Assembly: GCA_028822385.1 (NCBI GenBank) | Contig: JAPKDV010000001.1 | Location: 4,509-68,508, forward strand | Length of the DNA: 64,000 bases | Direction of reading: 5' to 3' | DNA from: Alphaproteobacteria bacterium | GTDB taxonomy: Bacteria > Pseudomonadota > Alphaproteobacteria > UBA6615 | Shown: piece by piece, positions 58,420 to 64,000 of the stretch | Numbering within the stretch: position 1 is the stretch's first letter | Layout: every line of letters begins with the position of its first letter | Made by a program: the position numbers and the translations under genes | The notes under the pieces: model-generated | Told to the model about the DNA's origin: nothing | What the model saw: the letters and a program-made list of their open reading frames with translations, nothing else | The model's database searches: none

Positions 58420-60203
58420 TGGTAAAACACTCAGACAAGAATGACGCTGTTGCACTGGACGGAGTACAGTTGGCCATATTGTCGAACCGTCTCGACGGCA
58501 TCGTACGCAAAATGGCCAACACACTGCTTCGAACCGGGCGTTCGGGTGTGCTCAACACTGCACGTGACTTCTCCTGCTGTATTGTGACAGCGGACCATCA
58601 GCTTCTGACCGCGACTGAGAGCCTGCCCATTCATGTTCTGTCCGGCCCGGACATAATGGCGTGTTCTATGGTGGAGTTTCATCCCGATTTTCGTGCCGGG
58701 GATGCCTATCTTCACAACTCGCCCTATCACGGATGTTCTCATCCGGCCGACCACACCATTCTGGTGCCGGTGATGGACGGCGATGGACGGCATCGGTTCA
58801 CCGTCGAAGCGAAAGCCCATCAGGCTGACATCGGTAATTCGATCCCGACGACCTATCACGCACGTGCACGCGATGTGTACGAAGAAGGCGCGCTGATCTT
58901 TCCCGCTGTGAAGGTTCAGACAGACTTTGAGAACATCGAGGACATCGTGCGCATGTGTAAGCTGCGGATTCGGGTTCCCGATCAGTGGTGGGGTGACTAT
59001 CTGGCGATGGTCGGTTCGGCCCGCATTGGCGAACGGGAACTGATCGCGCTGGGTGAGGATGTCGGCTGGGATATGCTTGAATCCTTTGCGACCAAGTTTT
59101 TTGATTACTCTGAATCCCGTATGGAAGCAGCCCTGCGGACGCTTCCTGCGGGTGAGGCAAGCCACTCAAGCACCCACGATCCGATCCCGGGCACGCCGAA
59201 AGAGGGGGTGAAGATCAATGTGTCTGTCACCGTCGACCCTGAAGCCGCGATGGTGAATGTGGATTTGCGGGACAATCCTGACACCATGCCCTGTGGCTTG
59301 AATTTGTCGGAAGCCTGTTCGCGCACGGCTGCGATGGTTGGCGTGTTCAATTCCATCGAGCACACTGTGCCCAAAAATGCCGGTTCGTTTCGACGAATTT
59401 CCGTACAGCTACGTGAAAACTGTGTGGTTGGAATTCCGAGCCATCCGACCAGTTGTTCGGCGGCAACAACCAATGTGGCCGACCGGGTTTCAAACTCGGT
59501 TCAGGCGTCCATGGCGAAGATTTCTGAAGAGATTGGTCTTGCGGAATGCGGTGCGTCCAGTCCGCCAGCAGCTGCAGTGGTCTCCGGCGTTAATCCGGAA
59601 ACCGGCAAGCCCTATATTAATCAGGTCTTCCTAGGCCGAACATGTGGAGCGGCCAGCGCCCACACAGATGCCTGGTGGACGGTCGGTCATGTGGGTAATG
59701 CGGGAATGTGTTTTCTGGATTCGGTTGAGTTGGACGAACTGCGTATGCCTATCTATGTGCATGCGCGTGGATTTTTCCCTGATACCGAAGGAGCCGGGCG
59801 TACCTGCGGGGCACCACAGGCCTTCGCCCGCTACGGTCCACGGGTCGGGTCTATGTCGCTGATTTACAATTCGGACGGTTCGATCAATGGACCCAAAGGT
59901 GTGCGTGGCGGCCTTGGTGCGGCAAATGCCGGTCAACATAAGATCACGACGAGCGGTGGGCAGGAAGATGTCCCTCGTGTTGGACAGGTCTTCCTTGATG
60001 CTGGTGAACTGATTGAATCCCGGTCCTGTGGCGGCGGTGGTTTTGGACCACCTGCCGAGCGGGACCCCGAGCGTGTGCAGCTGCAGGTGTCCGAGGGATT
60101 CCTGTCCCGCAAACGCGCACGGGACGTTTATGGCGTCGTTATTCTTGACGATGGCTCGCTCGAAACCGATGAAACCTCGCGGTTGCGCGCGGCTTCGGAG
60201 TAA
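58416..60203 (+). CDS. hydantoinase B / oxoprolinase-family protein (HyuB-like), paralog 2
   Basis: 595 aa; about 65-70% identical to paralog 1 over its length; start overlaps the upstream stop (ATGA). Confidence 0.85.
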   Translation: MMVKHSDKNDAVALDGVQLAILSNRLDGIVRKMANTLLRTGRSGVLNTARDFSCCIVTADHQLLTATESLPIHVLSGPDIMACSMVEFHPDFRAGDAYLHNSPYHGCSHPADHTILVPVMDGDGRHRFTVEAKAHQADIGNSIPTTYHARARDVYEEGALIFPAVKVQTDFENIEDIVRMCKLRIRVPDQWWGDYLAMVGSARIGERELIALGEDVGWDMLESFATKFFDYSESRMEAALRTLPAGEASHSSTHDPIPGTPKEGVKINVSVTVDPEAAMVNVDLRDNPDTMPCGLNLSEACSRTAAMVGVFNSIEHTVPKNAGSFRRISVQLRENCVVGIPSHPTSCSAATTNVADRVSNSVQASMAKISEEIGLAECGASSPPAAAVVSGVNPETGKPYINQVFLGRTCGAASAHTDAWWTVGHVGNAGMCFLDSVELDELRMPIYVHARGFFPDTEGAGRTCGAPQAFARYGPRVGSMSLIYNSDGSINGPKGVRGGLGAANAGQHKITTSGGQEDVPRVGQVFLDAGELIESRSCGGGGFGPPAERDPERVQLQVSEGFLSRKRARDVYGVVILDDGSLETDETSRLRAASE

Positions 60204-60206
60204 CCC

Positions 60207-61358
60207 ATGACTGACTCACCCCTCTCCGGACATTGCGATCCGAAGTTTTCTGCTCTTGAGGATGCCTTCCAGCATAATATGGAGCATGGTGATGAAGACT
60301 GCGGTGATGAGCTCGGTGCGTGTGTTTCCGTCGTGATTGACGGAGAGATTGTTGTTGATCTCTGGGGTGGATATCGGGATGGGGCACGCACTCAAATCTG
60401 GGAACGGGACACCACGACCTGCATGATGTCAGTGACAAAAGCTTGTTCTGCTGTTGCGCTGCTGACGCTGGTGGATCAGGGCGCCGTCGATATGACGGAA
60501 AAGGTATCGACCTATTGGCCGGAATTTTCGGGTGACGGAAAGGAAGACATAACGGTCCGGACCCTGGTTTCGCATCAGTCCGGGGTGATCTATGCCGATG
60601 CGGCGCCGGCCGGTTCTCTGTGGGACGGTCACTCCGTGGAGGCTGCGCTGGAAGCAGCAACTCCGGAATGGGAGCCGGGTACTGGTGGGGCGTATCACTC
60701 TTTCACCTATGGTCCTTTGCTCGATGGTCTGATCCGGCATGCGGATGGCCGCGACGTGGGCACCCTGTGGCGGGAGAATGTAGCGGAACCCTTTGGAATT
60801 GATTTTGGGATTGGATTGAATGCATCCGAAGCTGCGCGACGGGCCGAGTTCGTTGAAACACCGGGTACACCATCGCGCGACGGCATCAAGGGTGATGCGG
60901 AATCACCGCTTTTGCGCGGCTGGAACCCAATGCCCAAGACCGAGGATTTCAACTCTGACGACTGGGTACACAACCAGTTTGCATCGGCCAATGGGCATGG
61001 CAATGCCCGTGCGATTGCTCGGCTCTTTGGTGGGCTGTCCAATGGTGGTGTGATCGACGGCAAGCGTCTTTTGTCCGAAGAGCTGATTGCGGACGCCACG
61101 TGCGAGCATTGGGACGATCTGGACCGTATGACCAACCGGCCGTTCCGTTTCAGTTGCGGTTTTATGCTGTCTTGTCCGCCGTTTCCGTTTGGTGGGCATC
61201 GCGCTAATTTTGGGCATACGGGGATTGGCGGCGCGATCGGGTTTGGCGATCCGCAACGCAAGATTGGGTTTAGCTATTGTGGCAATCGGATGGCGCCGAT
61301 TGCCGATACCGGACCCTTTGCGGGTCCACTCATCGAAGCTTTATATGCTGCAGTTTAG
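60207..61358 (+). CDS. beta-lactamase-fold serine hydrolase (class C beta-lactamase / esterase EstB-like)
   Basis: 383 aa; S-x-x-K motif SVTK, Y-x-N-like and H-x-G elements; 4 bp after hyuB2. Confidence 0.75.
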   Translation: MTDSPLSGHCDPKFSALEDAFQHNMEHGDEDCGDELGACVSVVIDGEIVVDLWGGYRDGARTQIWERDTTTCMMSVTKACSAVALLTLVDQGAVDMTEKVSTYWPEFSGDGKEDITVRTLVSHQSGVIYADAAPAGSLWDGHSVEAALEAATPEWEPGTGGAYHSFTYGPLLDGLIRHADGRDVGTLWRENVAEPFGIDFGIGLNASEAARRAEFVETPGTPSRDGIKGDAESPLLRGWNPMPKTEDFNSDDWVHNQFASANGHGNARAIARLFGGLSNGGVIDGKRLLSEELIADATCEHWDDLDRMTNRPFRFSCGFMLSCPPFPFGGHRANFGHTGIGGAIGFGDPQRKIGFSYCGNRMAPIADTGPFAGPLIEALYAAV

Positions 61359-61364
61359 GGAGAG

Positions 61365-62129
61365 TTGTTGATGCGCTTTGAAAACAAGGTCGCACTGATC
61401 ACGGGTGGTTCGTCAGGCATCGGCGCAGAGGTTTGCGTTCGATTTGCCGAAGAAGGCGCCAAAATCGCGGTGGTCGCTAGTTCTTTAGTAGAGAAGGCAC
61501 AGGTGACTGCGGATCGCTGTGGTGGCAATGCCAAGGCCTTTGCCTGCGATGTCAGCGACGTTGCGCAGGTCGAAACGCTGGTGGCCGATGTGATCGCCGA
61601 GTTCGGGCGTATCGACATTCTTGTGAATGCGGCAGGGGTGTTCTACCCGACCCGTATCGGCGGGACCGATGAAGAGATGTTCGATGCCATGAGTGATACC
61701 AATCTTAAAGGGTGTTTCTTCGTCTGCAATGCGGTGGCGCCGCACATGATTGCAGGCGGTGGCGGCAAGATCGTCAACCTGGGCTCGGCCGCGGGCACAG
61801 CTGGCCGCAGTAACTACATTGTCTATTCAGCAGTGAAAGCCGGCGTCATCAATATGACCCGTTCGCTGGCTGCAGCGCTTGCGCCCCACGACATCAACGT
61901 CAATTGTCTGGCGCCGGGAAACACGGCAACAGAGATGAATGAGAATGTGCGGACCGAGCCGGAATATGCGGAGATCTACCAGACTATTAAGGACAAGACC
62001 CTCAGCAACCGACCGTTTGCCGACCCACGGGAAATGGCAGGCGCGATTTTGTTTCTGAGTTCGGACGACGCCAGCGCTGCCCATGGTGCCTTGCTGCTTA
62101 TGGATGAGGGCGTGTCGGCCGGTTACTAA
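61365..62129 (+). CDS. SDR-family oxidoreductase
   Basis: 254 aa; TGGSSGIGAE Rossmann motif; YSAVKAG catalytic motif. Confidence 0.8.
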   Translation: MLMRFENKVALITGGSSGIGAEVCVRFAEEGAKIAVVASSLVEKAQVTADRCGGNAKAFACDVSDVAQVETLVADVIAEFGRIDILVNAAGVFYPTRIGGTDEEMFDAMSDTNLKGCFFVCNAVAPHMIAGGGGKIVNLGSAAGTAGRSNYIVYSAVKAGVINMTRSLAAALAPHDINVNCLAPGNTATEMNENVRTEPEYAEIYQTIKDKTLSNRPFADPREMAGAILFLSSDDASAAHGALLLMDEGVSAGY

Positions 62130-62172
62130 ATCACGATCAATCTTCAAATTGATTAATTAAGGGAGAGAAACG

Positions 62173-62946
62173 ATGGAACTGCGAAACAAAGTGGCACTGA
62201 TCAGCGGCGGATCTTCGGGTATTGGCGAAGCCATTGCCTACAAATTTGCGGCTGAAGGCGCGACCTGTGCGATCATCGCCAGCTCGAACATCCGCAAGGC
62301 TAACAAGGTTGCCAAAGCGATCAAGCGCAAGTCGAAGGGCTATGTGTGCAACGTCACTAAACCGAACGAAGTGCAGGCCACGGTCGATAAGGTTCTCAAG
62401 AACCACGGCAAGATCGACATTCTCGTTAATGCAGCCGGTGTTTTCTATCCGACCGTAACCGGGGATACGAAACCTGCGGATATGAACCGGATGGTCGATA
62501 TCAATCTGAAGGGCACTTGGAACATGGCGAATGCCGTGGTGCCTCATATGGTTGGCCGCAAGCGTGGCAACATCATTAATATGGCCTCCGTGGCTGGAGT
62601 GATCGCATTGCCGTCTTACGCTATGTACTGCGCAACCAAGGCCGGTATCGTGATGATGACCAAGGCGATGGCAGTTGAGCTGTCCCGCTCGGGCATCCAT
62701 GTGAATTCGATCTCACCGGGCAACACAGAAAGCCCGATGAATGCGGACATCCGCACCGATCCCGAGCTCAAGCCGGTGCTCGAGTTCATGGATATGCTAA
62801 CCCCGTCCGGACGGACCTATTCGAAGCCCGAAGACATTGCGAATGCGGCGTTTTTTCTGGCTTCTCCGATCACGGGGAAAGCAGTTTATGGCGCAAATTT
62901 CGTTATTGATGAGGGTTTTGCGGCTGGTCTGTTTATAGCTAGTTAG
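62173..62946 (+). CDS. SDR-family oxidoreductase
   Basis: 257 aa; SGGSSGIGEA; YCATKAG; paralog of the preceding SDR. Confidence 0.8.
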   Translation: MELRNKVALISGGSSGIGEAIAYKFAAEGATCAIIASSNIRKANKVAKAIKRKSKGYVCNVTKPNEVQATVDKVLKNHGKIDILVNAAGVFYPTVTGDTKPADMNRMVDINLKGTWNMANAVVPHMVGRKRGNIINMASVAGVIALPSYAMYCATKAGIVMMTKAMAVELSRSGIHVNSISPGNTESPMNADIRTDPELKPVLEFMDMLTPSGRTYSKPEDIANAAFFLASPITGKAVYGANFVIDEGFAAGLFIAS

Positions 62947-62989
62947 TTTGATGCGCAGTCGCGGGGCTTGGCCGGAATGTTCCGCCTCG

Positions 62990-63745
62990 CTAAATCGTAT
63001 TACGGATCACGATGTAGAGGCCGAGCAGCAACAGGCAAAGAAGTAACATCAGGCGAAACCGCGCTTCCGAGATGCGCTGGCGTACCTTTACGCCGATGTA
63101 GTAGCCAACCAAAGCTGGGACGGTGAACAGCACTGACGAGACCGCGAGTTCCACGTTGAGCAGGCCTTTCTGTTGAAAAGCGAGCGTGATCGCGAATGTG
63201 GCTGTGAGGAACAGCAACCCCATGGCCTGAACCAGCATGTCCCGCTTAAGACCAAGGGACTGCAGGTACGGCACGCCGGGGATCACATCCGAGCCTGTCA
63301 TCCCAGCGGCCACACCATTGATTACTCCAAAGACCGGCGACATCCAGCTTTCATGCCGGCCTGGGGACGGAATCTGTGGTGCAATTAAAGAGTAACTGGC
63401 GAACAGCGCCAGAAGAACGCCAAGACCGATGGTGAGCAGGCGGGTATCGGATACCACCAAAATCTCTGCGCCGACCCAGACGCCCAAGCAGCAGGCGATT
63501 AGTAGCGTCCAGATACGGCTGATCGTATGCAAGAGACCGGGTTCCCCAAACACCTGCCAGCCGTTGGCAGCAATTCCGGGTACGATTAGCAGGGCGATCG
63601 CTACCGGCAGGTCAACCACCGTCGCCATCAGGCCAAGGATAATAGCCTTCATCCCGATCCCCACGGTCCCTTTTACGAGACCCCCAAGGAAGAACGCGAA
63701 GAACGCAAAGCCGTATTGGAATGCTGTCAGATCAACGAGAGGCAT
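62990..63745 (-). CDS. TauE/SafE-family sulfite/anion exporter (copy 2)
   Basis: 251 aa; same 4+4 TM TauE/SafE architecture as 27343-28092. Confidence 0.75.
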   Translation of the reverse strand: MPLVDLTAFQYGFAFFAFFLGGLVKGTVGIGMKAIILGLMATVVDLPVAIALLIVPGIAANGWQVFGEPGLLHTISRIWTLLIACCLGVWVGAEILVVSDTRLLTIGLGVLLALFASYSLIAPQIPSPGRHESWMSPVFGVINGVAAGMTGSDVIPGVPYLQSLGLKRDMLVQAMGLLFLTATFAITLAFQQKGLLNVELAVSSVLFTVPALVGYYIGVKVRQRISEARFRLMLLLCLLLLGLYIVIRNTI

Positions 63746-63762
63746 GATTAGGTCTCAAGCCA

Positions 63763-64000
63763 TTAGATTTCCCACTCAACATTGCCGTCCATGCCGATGT
63801 CCTGGCCGGTGATGTGTCGACCGGCATGGGATGCGAGAAAAACGGCCAGATCTCCGACTTCGCTGGGGTCAATCCAGCATTTTAGGGAGATGAACTCAAG
63901 GAACTCGGCCTCGCGTTCTTCGGGCGTGATGCCGCGCTCGCTGGCCTGGTTGGCGATAATTCCACGCCCGCGTTCATTGTCAATCAATCCGGGCAGGATG
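63763..64000 (-). CDS. SDR-family oxidoreductase, C-terminal part (gene continues beyond the window end)
   Basis: Reverse-strand ORF still open at the window end; C-terminal SDR region (...VFLASHAGRHITGQDIGMDGNVEWEI). Confidence 0.6.
   Translation of the reverse strand, partial: ILPGLIDNERGRGIIANQASERGITPEEREAEFLEFISLKCWIDPSEVGDLAVFLASHAGRHITGQDIGMDGNVEWEI

Noticed and set aside
1-64000. CRISPR arrays, tRNA/rRNA genes, transposases/integrases
   Set aside because: I saw no spaced direct-repeat arrays, no cloverleaf-like conserved tRNA segments and no IS/integrase-like ORFs. The only tandem repeat (52749-52816) has no spacers and sits in a promoter.

Overview
This 64-kb window is high-GC (roughly 58-62%) proteobacterial chromosomal DNA, densely packed with metabolic genes. 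I see no rRNA, tRNA, CRISPR array, transposase or integrase. Housekeeping genes include a partial cinA, a DinB-family gene, a GIY-YIG gene, slyX, gltB-gltD (glutamate synthase), pyrC and a thiolase. The rest is accessory-looking catabolic and transport content with unusually many paralogs:

- two tandem hydantoin-racemase-like genes next to an EamA exporter
- an inverted duplication of 2-oxoacid dehydrogenase E1 alpha/beta pairs flanking an acetolactate-synthase-like TPP enzyme, with no E2 or E3
- a 269-aa protein with an internal duplication that I cannot assign
- two tandem alpha/beta hydrolases
- two TauE/SafE exporters
- two tandem SDRs
- a hydantoinase/oxoprolinase locus with one HyuA and two tandem HyuB paralogs

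The hydantoinase locus sits downstream of an XRE-cupin regulator whose promoter region carries 2.6 copies of a 26-bp tandem repeat. A 14-bp motif from that promoter recurs, inverted, just upstream of hyuA.

The strongest compositional anomaly is a ~5-kb low-GC island (about 37.7-42.8 kb). It has an AT-rich leader and a complete LIV-type ABC transporter (SBP, two permeases, two ATPases), with a strong intrinsic terminator between the SBP gene and the permeases.

A cupin gene at 24.6-25.0 kb is interrupted by an in-frame TAA.

All calls rest on reading the translated ORFs and the DNA directly; no database searches were possible.
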